This document shows, in pieces, positions 1-13,727 of a stretch of 64,000 nucleotides of DNA; the first letter of the stretch is position 1, and each line of letters begins with the position of its first letter. This stretch comes from Pseudomonadota bacterium. Its GTDB lineage: Bacteria; Desulfobacterota; Desulfobacteria; Desulfobacterales; JAHIVH01. The notes beneath the pieces are model-generated. The model was not told the origin of the DNA. It made no database searches and saw only the letters and a list, made by a program, of their open reading frames with translations. Location of the stretch: contig JAHIVH010000129.1 of NCBI GenBank assembly GCA_018816735.1, positions 479 through 64,478 on the forward strand, in the 5' to 3' direction. The translations under genes were made by a program, and so were the position numbers.

Positions 1-343
1 CCAGTAATGTGCAAATGGCCTCTTCAACTTCAGGAACCAGGGAATGCTCCACTTTACAGGCCACTTCCTCCATATCCGCACTTTTCATTTTAAGAATGCT
101 TGAGACAAGTACTTCAGCCAGCCGATGACGTCTGATAATTGCTTCTGCAATTTTTTTACCTTCACCGGAAAACATGATCATGTCCACACTTGAAATGATC
201 AGGCTCTTGTTTCTCAGGATATAAAGATCATCCTCAGAGAAATCCACAGCGCATCGCTTTTTAATACCCTCAACGGAAAAATCCTTATATTCACCCGCAA
301 CCCAGATGGCTTCAAGAATCTCCTCCTGTTTCTCGGTTAACAT
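1..343 (-). CDS. DtxR/MntR-family metal-dependent transcriptional repressor, N-terminal 114 codons (gene runs off the window start)
   Basis: Open-ended, so absent from the ORF track. My translation from the ATG at 343 is MLTEKQEEILEAIWVAGEYKDF...KKIAEAIIRRHRLAEVLVSSIL...ACKVEHSLVPEVEEAICTLL. The 'RRHRLAE' helix and 'EH' metal-site context are typical of DtxR. A GGAGG SD lies at ~352-358. It sits directly downstream of feoB. Confidence 0.8.
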   Translation of the reverse strand, partial: MLTEKQEEILEAIWVAGEYKDFSVEGIKKRCAVDFSEDDLYILRNKSLIISSVDMIMFSGEGKKIAEAIIRRHRLAEVLVSSILKMKSADMEEVACKVEHSLVPEVEEAICTLL

Positions 344-406
344 TTTTGCCTCCTCCTGTTTTAACAGTTCCTTATAGGGAATCCAGGTATGCCCAAATCA
401 TCAGTA

Positions 407-2368
407 TCACATAAATGTCACTCCCAAAAACCGGCACGTATAATTTACAAGACTGCCCATCATCACTGCGTAAAACATCACGATGACGATAATTGCCGAT
501 GCTGTTTTTGTCCCCCGTTCCTTGAACAGCACAATGGTCGCATTCATGCATGGGGAAAGAAATGTCATTACGAGAAGGTTTACCACAAGCTGAACGTTAT
601 CATATATGCCATGCAGGTGTTCTATTTCTGTGGCCCCACTTTCCCGCCGTATGATTGTTTTTATGAAAACCTGAACACTCTTTTCAGGAAGGCCCATAAA
701 TCCCTTTATAACGGGTGCCGCAATCCGTTCCAGGGCATCTAATCCACCCATTCTCTCAAAAAGAAACACGGCAAAGGACGCTGCTACAAAAACAGGGACA
801 GCTTCTTTCATGAAAAAATAGGTTTTTAATATGGCGTTTTTTAAGAGGTAAGATGCTTTGGGAATCCGCATCGTGGGAATGACCATCAGAAGGGGAGAAC
901 GCGAGCCAGGAAGAATTTTATTGGCCAGCATGCCCGCAACGACAATTTGTGTGAATATCAGGCCAAATACCGTCAGGGATGCTGAAACAGGCATTTTGCC
1001 CAATATGATAAACATCACAGCAAGAAGTGGGGCACATGGCATGCCCAAAAGCAGAAGAAATGTGGCAATGTTTTTTTCTTTTTTTGTATCAAGCACCCGT
1101 GTAGTCAAAATGGCCATGGTCACGCAAGAGAAACCCATGACAAGGGGAATGACGCCTTTCCCGTTTAAGCCCATTTTCCGAAAGACTTTGTCCAGAAGGA
1201 TGGATAGTCGTGATAAATATCCGGAGTCTTCAAGAGCGCCAAATATCAGATAGAAACAGAAAAGGACCGGGAGCACCAGTCCAAGGGCCAAAAAAACACC
1301 CGTGGGAAGGATGCCAAAGTCCGGGTTGATGATCATGTCCTTTAAAAAATCGCTTGGCAAGGGGGCTATCAGCTTTGTGATAAAAGGAATGAGAAATCCT
1401 TTGAAGAATTTTTCATTGATGATATCGACCAGATAAGTTGCACCAAATGAGCCAATAAACAGGTACATGATTGCCACAACAAACAGGGCTATGGGAATAC
1501 CTGTGACAGGTTTTGAGCACCAGTCTCCCAGTCTGGCCATGAAAGGGCTTTTGGACGGTGTCTCTATGGTCTGTATCTGTTCGGTAAGCTGTTCGGCCTT
1601 TCTGTGGTAAATATTGGTCAAGAGAATGCCTGACGATGTGGTATCTTCTTTTCGGTACTGTTCGGTAATATTTTTTAACCGGCTCAGCATGCCTGCGCCG
1701 TATTTCTCAAGGATGTAACGCTCGATCTCCGTATCACCGGTAAGAAAGAGAATACCTGTGATCCTTGATGAGAGTTCATTATCATTGAGTAACGTATCAA
1801 AATGGTTGAGGCTTTTTTCAATCCATTCCGGGTATTCGATTAATTTTTTGGGTTTCTTTATGTTTGGAATAGCGGTAAGAATTTTTTTTACGCCGATGCT
1901 TTCCCTTAAATTCGTGGGGAAGATATCCACGCCGAATATATCTTTCAGCTTCGCAATCTCAATTTCAATGCCAAGTGACGAGGCTTCGTCAATCATATTG
2001 ATGGCAAAGATCATGGGAATTTCATACTCGGAAAGCTGAATGGCCGTTGTAAGGGATCGCTTGATGGTTTTTGCATCCATCACGAGAATAATCCCTTTCA
2101 CATGGTATCCGGTTGTTCCGGGAATGAGAATATTCCTGGCTGTTTTTTCATCTTCATTGGATGAAAAGATTGAAAAAACACCTGGTGCGTCGATCGCGGA
2201 TAGCTCGGTTCCTTTAATAATGGCGGTGTGAAGGAGGACAGAATTTCCCGGAATCGTTATGTGTTTGCTGTCATTACTTGATATTCTTGAAAAAAGCGTG
2301 GTCTTGCCGACATTCATGTTGCCTGTAATCACGATTGCCGACATGCTTGTTCTGATACGGTCAACCAT
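407..2368 (-). CDS. feoB: Ferrous iron transporter FeoB (N-terminal G-domain plus polytopic permease)
   Basis: 653 aa. G1 motif 'GNMNVGKTTLF' and G3 'DAPG', followed by a long hydrophobic multi-TM C-terminal part. An alternative ATG at 2344 gives the canonical short N-terminus. The ATG at 2368 overlaps the upstream gene's stop by 8 nt. Confidence 0.93.
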   Translation of the reverse strand: MVDRIRTSMSAIVITGNMNVGKTTLFSRISSNDSKHITIPGNSVLLHTAIIKGTELSAIDAPGVFSIFSSNEDEKTARNILIPGTTGYHVKGIILVMDAKTIKRSLTTAIQLSEYEIPMIFAINMIDEASSLGIEIEIAKLKDIFGVDIFPTNLRESIGVKKILTAIPNIKKPKKLIEYPEWIEKSLNHFDTLLNDNELSSRITGILFLTGDTEIERYILEKYGAGMLSRLKNITEQYRKEDTTSSGILLTNIYHRKAEQLTEQIQTIETPSKSPFMARLGDWCSKPVTGIPIALFVVAIMYLFIGSFGATYLVDIINEKFFKGFLIPFITKLIAPLPSDFLKDMIINPDFGILPTGVFLALGLVLPVLFCFYLIFGALEDSGYLSRLSILLDKVFRKMGLNGKGVIPLVMGFSCVTMAILTTRVLDTKKEKNIATFLLLLGMPCAPLLAVMFIILGKMPVSASLTVFGLIFTQIVVAGMLANKILPGSRSPLLMVIPTMRIPKASYLLKNAILKTYFFMKEAVPVFVAASFAVFLFERMGGLDALERIAAPVIKGFMGLPEKSVQVFIKTIIRRESGATEIEHLHGIYDNVQLVVNLLVMTFLSPCMNATIVLFKERGTKTASAIIVIVMFYAVMMGSLVNYTCRFLGVTFM

Positions 2369-3056
2369 GTTGTCTTTCTTCCAAAGGAGCTGAAATTAAT
2401 CTGGAAGCCTTGCGAAGGAAGTGTTGATAGACATGTCTGTCATCTGGTGTCATCTTTTGAGGGTCAAATTCGATTCTATCAATGATAAATCCGTTTTGAG
2501 TGTTTTTGAACCCCTGATTTATTGAGAGTTTTTTAGAGAGTCTTTCAAATTCCGTTGACAGGGGGGCTTTCCCCAGGTCAATGTCAACAATTTTCCATGC
2601 ACTGTTTTGTCTTTCCACTGTAAAAAGTGTTTGAACAGGCGGGAGCGCGGCACCTTGTGTCAAGCTTTCAAGCAGGTTTTCCTTCTTTTCTTTGAAGAGA
2701 ACACTTATCCCTATTCTGTTGCTTTTGAAGAAAGGTATCCAGAAAGCCTCTCTCGCCACCTGTATATGATAGGTGTCATGATCAAGAAGATTGAAATGGG
2801 AAAGCAACGAGAGCTCAAGAAGGAAGGCCGAATCCTCAAAGCTCTGCTCATCAGCGGCATGATTTAATATACTCATGGCGGATAAACATCGGGCCGCATA
2901 AAGATACTCATTTGCCTTGATATTTTTTAAAAACCCGGAAACAAGATCATTTGCCTTATTGTTTTCTCCAAGAAGTGACACAAACATGAGGATGATCACA
3001 AAGCAGATTATAATTGCCGAAAAAAATGTTTTTTTTGCGAATTGTTCTTTTCCCAT
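2361..3056 (-). CDS. Hypothetical protein with a single N-terminal TM anchor, translationally coupled to feoB
   Basis: 231-aa ORF with N-terminal hydrophobic helix 'FFSAIIICFVIILMFVSLL'. No motif I recognise. Its stop overlaps the feoB start. Confidence 0.55.
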   Translation of the reverse strand: MGKEQFAKKTFFSAIIICFVIILMFVSLLGENNKANDLVSGFLKNIKANEYLYAARCLSAMSILNHAADEQSFEDSAFLLELSLLSHFNLLDHDTYHIQVAREAFWIPFFKSNRIGISVLFKEKKENLLESLTQGAALPPVQTLFTVERQNSAWKIVDIDLGKAPLSTEFERLSKKLSINQGFKNTQNGFIIDRIEFDPQKMTPDDRHVYQHFLRKASRLISAPLEERQHG

Positions 3057-3119
3057 ACCGGATTTATTCCTGAAAAAGGCTTTTTTTCTTTTATCACAAG
3101 ACGGTTGGCTATTATGAAA

Positions 3120-5339
3120 TTACCGTTTTGAAATCGTTTTTTGAGCTATCGATTGACTTTTGATCATCGAGATATAATCAACAAGAATATTTTCGGTTTC
3201 ATTCAGTATGGGATCTGTTTCGTCCTTACTCGCATTTGCAGTATCTTCCAGTTTGTCCGGGTTTACATCTTCTTCTTTATCAATATCCTCAGACAGTTCG
3301 GTCAATGGCTCAAGTCCCTTTGCCAACCGTCTTTTGTTTTCTATTCCCATCCGCCATGCTTTTGACTGATCTATCTCTTCTTTTCGAGCTTTTTCATTTA
3401 ATGATACTTTTGCATCGTCCTTTATACCGTTCAAATGGTCTATGCCTGCCATAAGATACAGAAAATCAGGATCTTTTTTAATACGTTCGTTGTGTCCCGT
3501 TAGCAGTTCCTGAATCATGTATGCATTATCCTGATAGGGAAGATAGGGCACCGGGGAAATTCTGTCCCAGGCCAATGCATCCGAATACGAACTTTCACCA
3601 ATTTTTTCCATATCATAAATGGATGGATACGGAATGTCGGGGATCACTCCCTTATGCTGGGTGCTGTTACCTGAAATCCGGTAGAATTTGGCAAGCGTCA
3701 GCTTCAGCTGGCCCTCTTTTAAGGGGCGAAGTGTCTGTACCGTTCCTTTGCCAAAGGTTTGAGACCCAACGATAAGGCCTCGATTGTAATCCTGGATTGC
3801 ACCTGCAAATATTTCAGATGCAGATGCGCTCATACGATCCACAATGACGACCAATGGCCCATCATATTGAATTTCTTCATCCGTATCCCGGTATTCGAGA
3901 ACCTGCCCGCTTGCCTCTCTGACCTGAACAGTGGGCCCTTTTTTAATAAAAAGTCCTGTAAGTTCATTTGCTTCCTGAAGCGCGCCTCCGCCGTTATCTC
4001 GCAGATCAACGATTAATCCGTCTATATGTTCTTCAGAAAACTCCTTTAGAAGCCGTCTGACATCACGCGTGGTACTTTTATAGTCCGGATCCCCATTTTT
4101 GGCTCCTTTAAAATCAATATAGAACGTGGGGATATCCAGAAGGCCAATTTTATAGGGTTTGCCATTGATTTCTTTTTGTACGATTTCCTTCTTGGCAGCC
4201 TGTTCTTCCAGTTTAACCGTATTCCTTGTGATATTGATAAACTTTGTCTGGTGGTCATCTTTTTCATTTTCAGGAATAATTTCAAGGCGAACGACAGTCT
4301 CCTTGGGACCACGAATCAGCTGGACCACTTCATCCAGCCTCCAGCCAACGACATCAACCATTTCACCCTGAATACCCTGTGCAACGCCCACAATACGGTC
4401 ACCCGGTTTCAGAAGTTTGGATTTGTCTGCCGGTCCGGCCGGTACGAGTCTTGAAACCGTGGTATACTCATTTTTGGTCTGAAGAACGGCACCTATGCCC
4501 TCCAGTGACAGACTCATCTGGATATCAAAATCCTCGGAAATGCTCGGTGAAAAATAAAGGGTGTGCGGATCATAGGACTGGTTCAGTACGTTCATGAATA
4601 CGCGAAACACATCTTCACTGTTTGTCTGGGCTATGCGGTTCAGCTGGCTTCTGAACCTTTTGCTTAATATTTCAGGAATCTCTTCCATGGATTTATTCCC
4701 CAGTTTCAGACTTAACACGCTGTTTTTAAGCCGTTTTCGCCAGAGATCTTCCATTTCTTCTTTTTTTCCGATCCATGGCGTGCCTTTTCGGTCTGCTTCA
4801 AGTTCTTCCTGAATCGTAAAATCTATGTCTGAACTGCCGCTTTCAACCTTTTGAATCATGGTGATCAATCGTTCGATGATGCGCTTGTGGTATCTGTTGT
4901 ATATGATAAACGCACCATCGAGATCACCTGTTTTGTAAATATCATCCAGAAAATACCTGTATTTTTCCAATTCTTTAATATCACTGGCATAGAAATAACT
5001 TCGGGTGGAATCGAGTTCTTCCAGATATCTGTCAAACATTTTTGAGGAAAAGGCGTCATTCAGTTCAATCGTCTTGTAATGTTGCTGGTTAAGCTTTTTA
5101 ATGATTTCCTTGCAAACAGCGCCATGATATTTCATGGGCTCAATTTTTTTGTATATCTCATTGAAATCAAGTGGCTGCGATTTCAGAAAGAACTTTTTGC
5201 TTGCTTTGATTTCCTGGCTATCGCCATGATTCCCGAAAAGCGTTGAGGTACCAATAAATGTTAAAATCAGAACGAAAATGGATAAGGTTACGTATTTGTC
5301 CCAAAATTTTTTTGGCATTTTTTTATAAACTCCGAACAT
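3120..5339 (-). CDS. prc: Tail-specific / C-terminal processing protease (S41 family, Prc/Tsp-like)
   Basis: 739 aa with an N-terminal signal/anchor and a PDZ-like 'LEGIGAVL...PAGPADKS..LKPGDRIV'. S41 catalytic region 'DRMSASASEIFAGAIQDYNRGLIVGSQTFGKGTVQ'. Confidence 0.9.
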   Translation of the reverse strand: MFGVYKKMPKKFWDKYVTLSIFVLILTFIGTSTLFGNHGDSQEIKASKKFFLKSQPLDFNEIYKKIEPMKYHGAVCKEIIKKLNQQHYKTIELNDAFSSKMFDRYLEELDSTRSYFYASDIKELEKYRYFLDDIYKTGDLDGAFIIYNRYHKRIIERLITMIQKVESGSSDIDFTIQEELEADRKGTPWIGKKEEMEDLWRKRLKNSVLSLKLGNKSMEEIPEILSKRFRSQLNRIAQTNSEDVFRVFMNVLNQSYDPHTLYFSPSISEDFDIQMSLSLEGIGAVLQTKNEYTTVSRLVPAGPADKSKLLKPGDRIVGVAQGIQGEMVDVVGWRLDEVVQLIRGPKETVVRLEIIPENEKDDHQTKFINITRNTVKLEEQAAKKEIVQKEINGKPYKIGLLDIPTFYIDFKGAKNGDPDYKSTTRDVRRLLKEFSEEHIDGLIVDLRDNGGGALQEANELTGLFIKKGPTVQVREASGQVLEYRDTDEEIQYDGPLVVIVDRMSASASEIFAGAIQDYNRGLIVGSQTFGKGTVQTLRPLKEGQLKLTLAKFYRISGNSTQHKGVIPDIPYPSIYDMEKIGESSYSDALAWDRISPVPYLPYQDNAYMIQELLTGHNERIKKDPDFLYLMAGIDHLNGIKDDAKVSLNEKARKEEIDQSKAWRMGIENKRRLAKGLEPLTELSEDIDKEEDVNPDKLEDTANASKDETDPILNETENILVDYISMIKSQSIAQKTISKR

Positions 5340-5919
5340 TCATATAAAAATCAATCAGGTCCAATTTTGTGTTTTCACACACACACCACCCGTATATATA
5401 ATGATATTATCACTATTTTGCAACAGCACACCTGTTAAAAGACAATTTTCTTTTGAGAAAATCCTGAACAGCGAGGCTTAAAGTGGAAAAAAAGGGAGTG
5501 TTATTATGTATTTGCAATTATGGTTATGCAGTTATTGCCCGTAGTTCTATCTTATCATGAATACTGTTTGTCTTAATGATGGAATATCGCATGGTTAAAC
5601 ACCTCTTGTTTAAAAATATTTGTTTACATCAAATAAAGATTTATATATAGTAAAAAATTCCCTAAATTTTTGCAGTCGTAAGATTTGCGGTAAAAAAGGG
5701 GAAAGTATTGGAGGATAAGCTTTTATATCCCCAAATACTTTATTTATCAAGAACGATTTTAACGTATTTGTAAAAAAAAGGAGTTACTCTCAACCATTTG
5801 ATAATATTTTCTGTCTAAAAGCGTTTATGTTTGGCCATTCTTCTCAAGGAGACATTAAGAATGCTTGAAAGGGTCATGACCGGACAGGATACTTTCGTGG
5901 ACGGAAATTTTGAATTTAA

Positions 5920-9465
<3,546 letters not shown>

Positions 9466-9497
9466 AATGCATCATCAAAATTGATTGATCTTTAAAG

Positions 9498-9533
9498 GGG
9501 CGGTTTCTTTTTTTTGAAATCGCCCTTTTTTTT
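9498..9533 (+). terminator. Rho-independent terminator after PFOR
   Basis: GGGCGGTTTC (9498-9507) pairs with GAAATCGCCC (9516-9525): 10 bp with one G-U and a T8 loop. It is followed by T8 (9526-9533), 33 nt after the stop codon. Confidence 0.8.
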
Positions 9534-9609
9534 ATGTGATGTTTACCGACTTTCTGCCTGGATTCATGGGTAGCAAGGACATTTCATAATCAAATATCCC
9601 TATGCGTAT

Positions 9610-10695
9610 TTACTGATCGATTGTCATGTGACAAACCCCTGTGGGTGTATTCTGTTGATAGGGGAAATACTTTTTCTTAAACCATAGCGCCACATTTACA
9701 AGACCGATGAGAACCGGAACCTCCACAAGCGGTCCGATCACTGCTGCAAATGCCTCCCCTGAATTGATGCCAAATACCGCCACGGCAACCGCAATGGCCA
9801 ATTCGAAATTATTTGAAGCTGCTGTAAAGCTTAACGTTGCGGCCTGCTCGTAGGTTGCCTTTGCCTTGATGGAAAGATAGAACGATAAAAAGAACATGAT
9901 GACGAAATAGATACAAAGCGGTATGGCAATCCTTATCACATCCATGGGAAGCTGTACAATGTACTCCCCTTTAAGAGAGAACATGATAAGGATAGTAAAG
10001 AGAAGTGCGATCAATGTCAAGGGACTGATCCTGGGGATGAATTTGTTCTCATACCAGTCTTTCCCTTTCATTTTAAGGCCGACGTATCGTGTAAGCATTC
10101 CGCCAATAAAGGGGATTCCCAGGTAGATAAATACACTTTCCGCAATCTGACCGATGGATATATCCACAACAATACTTTCAAGGCCGATCATTTTGGGTAT
10201 CAGTGTAATAAAGATATAGGCATAGATGGAAAAGAAAAGAACCTGAAAAATCGAATTAAAGGCCACAAGGCCAGCGCAATATTCGGTATCACCTGATGCA
10301 AGATCGTTCCACACAATGACCATGGCAATGCACCGGGCAAGCCCGATTAATATCAGGCCTACCATATATTCATGATGGCCTGATAGAAAAAGAACCGCCA
10401 GAACAAACATCAGTACCGGGCCGATAATCCAGTTCTGGATCAGAGATAAGGCAAGGATTTTGAAATTTCTGAAGACTTCCCCCAGCTCTTCATATTTAAC
10501 CTTGGCAAGAGGCGGGTACATCATGAGAATAAGGCCAATGGCGATAGGGATGTTGGTCGTCCCGATCTGGAATCGATTGATGATGCCACGAATGTCCGGA
10601 TACAGATAGCCGATTGTGACACCGATGAACATAGCCAGAAAAATCCATAAGGTCAGAAAACGATCGAGAAATGAAAGTCGTTTTGATTGAGGCAT
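9610..10695 (-). CDS. acr3: Arsenite efflux permease, ACR3 family
   Basis: 361 aa and polytopic. The N-terminus '[25 protein letters not shown]' and overall pattern are typical of Acr3/ArsB(ACR3). It is the last gene of the ars operon. Confidence 0.88.
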   Translation of the reverse strand: MPQSKRLSFLDRFLTLWIFLAMFIGVTIGYLYPDIRGIINRFQIGTTNIPIAIGLILMMYPPLAKVKYEELGEVFRNFKILALSLIQNWIIGPVLMFVLAVLFLSGHHEYMVGLILIGLARCIAMVIVWNDLASGDTEYCAGLVAFNSIFQVLFFSIYAYIFITLIPKMIGLESIVVDISIGQIAESVFIYLGIPFIGGMLTRYVGLKMKGKDWYENKFIPRISPLTLIALLFTILIMFSLKGEYIVQLPMDVIRIAIPLCIYFVIMFFLSFYLSIKAKATYEQAATLSFTAASNNFELAIAVAVAVFGINSGEAFAAVIGPLVEVPVLIGLVNVALWFKKKYFPYQQNTPTGVCHMTIDQ

Positions 10696-10725
10696 ATGGT
10701 ATTTCCTTTAAAGGTTTAAAACAGG

Positions 10726-11433
10726 TTATAACCGGATAAACGGACGGATGATAAAATAAATTCCCAAAAGAGATATCATCACGCCGGCACACTTCCTGAA
10801 CCAGTTTCCAGCTCCCTGTAATGTAGTGTTCTCGAGAAATTTTTTGACAACAGCTGTTGAACTGCCGGAAATGGCAATGGGCAGACAATGACCCACTGCA
10901 AAAAGAAAAATCATCATGACACCAACAGCGATTTTTTCCTGGACAGTGATAATGGCAAGGATCGGTGCGATAAAGCCAAATGTGCATGAACCGGAAAGAA
11001 TACCATAGGAAAGGCCTAAGATAAATGCCCCCCAAACCCCTTTCAGATTTAACCGGTGCAAAAAATTTCCGGATGTCTGACAGGCGTCAACACCCATCAT
11101 GCCCAACGCCACCCATATCAGTATTGCGCCGACCATTATTTGCCAGTAGTTCCCAATGTCTCCCATCATTCGGCCAAGAAAAGCACAAATAATGCCTACA
11201 AGTGCGATGGTGATAAAAAGGCCGGTTGTGAAAGCGGCAGCATATACGCTTGCCTGTCCGGGTTTTAAAATTTGCTTCTGTCCGCCGACGTATGCGATGA
11301 TCAAGGGGATGGATGCCAGATGGCATGGGCTGAATATAACGCTGATCACACCCCAGAGGAAGCATCCGAGAGCGGCAATGCCTGTGCCACTTGAAATCCA
11401 TTCGTTTATGGTGATAAAAGCTGACTCAAACAT
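10726..11433 (-). CDS. ccdA: CcdA/DsbD-type transmembrane thiol:disulfide electron transporter
   Basis: Polytopic, with the two conserved membrane cysteines in 'FSPCHLASIPLI' and 'SGSCTFGFIAPIL'. I placed the start at the ATG at 11433 (MFESAF...), 7 nt after the upstream stop. The track ORF extends to 11475. Confidence 0.8.
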   Translation of the reverse strand: MFESAFITINEWISSGTGIAALGCFLWGVISVIFSPCHLASIPLIIAYVGGQKQILKPGQASVYAAAFTTGLFITIALVGIICAFLGRMMGDIGNYWQIMVGAILIWVALGMMGVDACQTSGNFLHRLNLKGVWGAFILGLSYGILSGSCTFGFIAPILAIITVQEKIAVGVMMIFLFAVGHCLPIAISGSSTAVVKKFLENTTLQGAGNWFRKCAGVMISLLGIYFIIRPFIRL

Positions 11434-11440
11434 AGTATAT

Positions 11441-11842
11441 TTAGTTTCCCGGATGATCTTCAGGAGCAGGAACACCCAGTTTTTTCAATTGAGCTGTAAT
11501 TTCCGTTTCACTGAAGAATCCTGTATGCCGGAATACTTCCTTGCCATCCTTATCAAAAAATATCTGCGTTGGGATGGCCTGTATGCCAAATCGCGTGGCT
11601 TGTTCCCGATTCTCCCAGACATCGATGAATACAATCGACGCTTTGCCCTGATATACTTTTTCCATTTTTTCCATAATCGGCGCCATCATTTTGCAGGGAA
11701 TGCATTTTTGGGCACCCAGATCGATCATGGTAACCATTCCTTTTTGAGGAAATGAATCGATGGTTTCAGCGGCAGACGTAATTGCAGTCAATGAGAAGAC
11801 AAAAAATATTCCTGTGAATAGCAAGAAAACGGCAGATTTCAT
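11441..11842 (-). CDS. Secreted thioredoxin-fold protein (TlpA/ResA-like), CxxC = 'CIPC'
   Basis: 133 aa with signal peptide 'MKSAVFLLFTGIFFVFSLTAITSAAE' and thioredoxin motif 'GAQKCIPCKMMAP'. Confidence 0.8.
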   Translation of the reverse strand: MKSAVFLLFTGIFFVFSLTAITSAAETIDSFPQKGMVTMIDLGAQKCIPCKMMAPIMEKMEKVYQGKASIVFIDVWENREQATRFGIQAIPTQIFFDKDGKEVFRHTGFFSETEITAQLKKLGVPAPEDHPGN

Positions 11843-11899
11843 GATATATGTCCTGTAGCATGATTAACCAAAGTCATCACACCTGTTTAATGTGGTTTT

Positions 11900-12133
11900 T
11901 TATTTTTCCAGCCAATCTTTAATCTCTTTTTCTTTAGGTACTCTACCTGAGATTTTAACTTCACCGTCAACAACAACCGCAGGTGTGCTGAAAACACCGA
12001 AACCCGCTATCTGCATTAAGTCCGATACTTTTTCAACCGTGGCATCGATCTTGTTTTTTGTGACATAATCTCTTAATAGTTTTTCTGTTTTTTCACATTT
12101 GGCACAACCCGGCCCCAATATTTTAATTTCCAT
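11900..12133 (-). CDS. Small cytoplasmic thioredoxin-fold protein (redox-active disulfide protein 2 type)
   Basis: 'MEIKILGPGCAKCEKTEKL...TPAVVVDGEV'. I set the start at the ATG at 12133 with a GGAGA SD. The track ORF's N-terminal extension would overlap arsC. Confidence 0.8.
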   Translation of the reverse strand: MEIKILGPGCAKCEKTEKLLRDYVTKNKIDATVEKVSDLMQIAGFGVFSTPAVVVDGEVKISGRVPKEKEIKDWLEK

Positions 12134-12161
12134 TATTTTCTCCTTTTTGTTCTCATATTCG

Positions 12162-12608
12162 TTATGCTTCCAATGATCCCGGCATGTTTTCAACAAATGA
12201 GCGAATCTCGTCTCTTATCCGTCTGTAATGGCTCAAAATGACTGATTTGTCCGTTTCTCCTTCCGACAATTTGGGAGGATCGTCAAACCCCCGATGAAGC
12301 CTTTTTGTTCCTCTTGGGAAAAAAGGGCACGTTTCATTTGCGTGACCGCACAATGTCACCACATAATCAAATTGTATTTCTGCCACTTCATCGACACTTT
12401 TTGAGATATTTCCGGAAATATCAATCCCCAGTTCCAAAAGAACGTCTATGGCATTAGGGTCTATGCCTTTTGGGGCAGTTCCGGCTGAAAAGGCGCAAAA
12501 CAGGTCGCCTTTAAGTTTATGGGTCAATGCCTCGGCCATCTGGCTCCTGCAGGAATTGCCTGTGCATAAAAACAGAATATTAAAGTTTTTTTGATGTGTC
12601 ATTATCAT
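12162..12608 (-). CDS. arsC: Arsenate reductase, LMW-PTP / thioredoxin-coupled type
   Basis: 148 aa. P-loop 'LCTGNSCRSQMAEA' (C-X5-R-S), redox cysteine pair in 'TLCGHANETCP', and 'FDDP' Asp. Confidence 0.92.
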   Translation of the reverse strand: MIMTHQKNFNILFLCTGNSCRSQMAEALTHKLKGDLFCAFSAGTAPKGIDPNAIDVLLELGIDISGNISKSVDEVAEIQFDYVVTLCGHANETCPFFPRGTKRLHRGFDDPPKLSEGETDKSVILSHYRRIRDEIRSFVENMPGSLEA

Positions 12609-12645
12609 AATACTTCCTTATTCATTAAGCATTTTCATCTGTGTA

Positions 12646-13701
12646 TCAGATAATCACGTTAAAAATATATCCCACAATCAGGATGCCGCACGTCACAATG
12701 GCAATGAACACAGCGATCAGTCTGGGTTTTAAGACTTTTCTCAAAATAACCATTTCAGGAAGTGATAGCGCGATGACACTCATCATAAATGCCAATACGG
12801 TGCCTAGTGCCGCACCTTTACCGATAAGCGCCTCCACCACGGGAATGATTCCTGCGGCATTTGAATACATGGGAACCCCAATAATTACAGCCAGGGGCAC
12901 AGACCACCAGGCCGATTTCCCCATGATTGACGCCATCAAGTTTTCCGGCACGTATCCGTGAATCACTGCGCCTACGCCTATACCGAGAATGACATATAGC
13001 CAAACCCTTCCGATAATTTCTTTGACAGCGTCCCATCCATAGATAATTCGGTCAGACCAGGAGCGTTTTTCGTCCGGAATGGCATGGGGGCCGGCATGGG
13101 TGTCCATAACCCAGTCTTCAACGCCATTTTCAAGTTTAAGGCGTCCGATGACCCATCCGGCAAGGATGGCAATGGACAAACCCGTGCCCAGGTAAATTGC
13201 TGCGACTTTCCATCCCAGAAGAGCGTATAGAAGTCCCAATGCAATTTCATTGACCATGGGTGCTGCAATCAGGAAAGAAAATGTTACACCCAAAGGAACG
13301 CCTGCCGTGACAAAACCGATGAAAAGAGGTACGGCAGAGCATGAGCAGAACGGTGTGACAATCCCCAATAATGCGGCTAAAACGTTTCCTGCGAATTCGC
13401 TTCTTCCGGAAAGAACCGCACGTGTTTTTTCCGGCGTAAAAAAGCTTCGGATAATTCCCACGCCAAAAACGACCAGGAAAAGCAGCATCATCACTTTGGG
13501 GGTATCATAAAGAAAAAATTCTACCGCTTTTCCCAGATGGGAGTTTTCAGCAACGTTTAAAAGCCTGTAGGTTACCCATGAGGATAATTCCGGGAGCATA
13601 CCATATAAAATCCACCAGACATAGGTAAGCATGGCTCCGGAGATCAGGTAAAAAATAAATTTTTCGTTTTTGATGGTTTTTGTATTCATATAGCTTTTCA
13701 T
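12646..13701 (-). CDS. Predicted permease of the ArsP/DUF318 type (two-repeat membrane protein with a CxC motif)
   Basis: 351 aa and polytopic, with 'IVTPFCSCSAVPLFIGF'. Its position between arsR and arsC fits the organoarsenical permease family. The family assignment is from memory, not a search. Confidence 0.7.
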   Translation of the reverse strand: MKSYMNTKTIKNEKFIFYLISGAMLTYVWWILYGMLPELSSWVTYRLLNVAENSHLGKAVEFFLYDTPKVMMLLFLVVFGVGIIRSFFTPEKTRAVLSGRSEFAGNVLAALLGIVTPFCSCSAVPLFIGFVTAGVPLGVTFSFLIAAPMVNEIALGLLYALLGWKVAAIYLGTGLSIAILAGWVIGRLKLENGVEDWVMDTHAGPHAIPDEKRSWSDRIIYGWDAVKEIIGRVWLYVILGIGVGAVIHGYVPENLMASIMGKSAWWSVPLAVIIGVPMYSNAAGIIPVVEALIGKGAALGTVLAFMMSVIALSLPEMVILRKVLKPRLIAVFIAIVTCGILIVGYIFNVII

Positions 13702-13727
13702 AAATATATTAAAAAGAATTCTGTCAT

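Noticed and set aside
858-1253. 131-aa plus-strand ORF (with 389..742, 1758..2039 and 2040..2231) inside feoB
   Set aside because: These are antisense shadows of a confidently identified FeoB gene. They have odd composition and no SD or recognisable motif.
10496-11755. ORFs 10496..11035 (-), 11087..11401 (-), 11056..11268 (+) and 11156..11755 (+) overlapping acr3, ccdA and the Trx gene
   Set aside because: They are alternative-frame or antisense ORFs across membrane-protein genes. Their Cys/His/Arg-rich, low-plausibility translations do not fit, and the real frames carry the family motifs.
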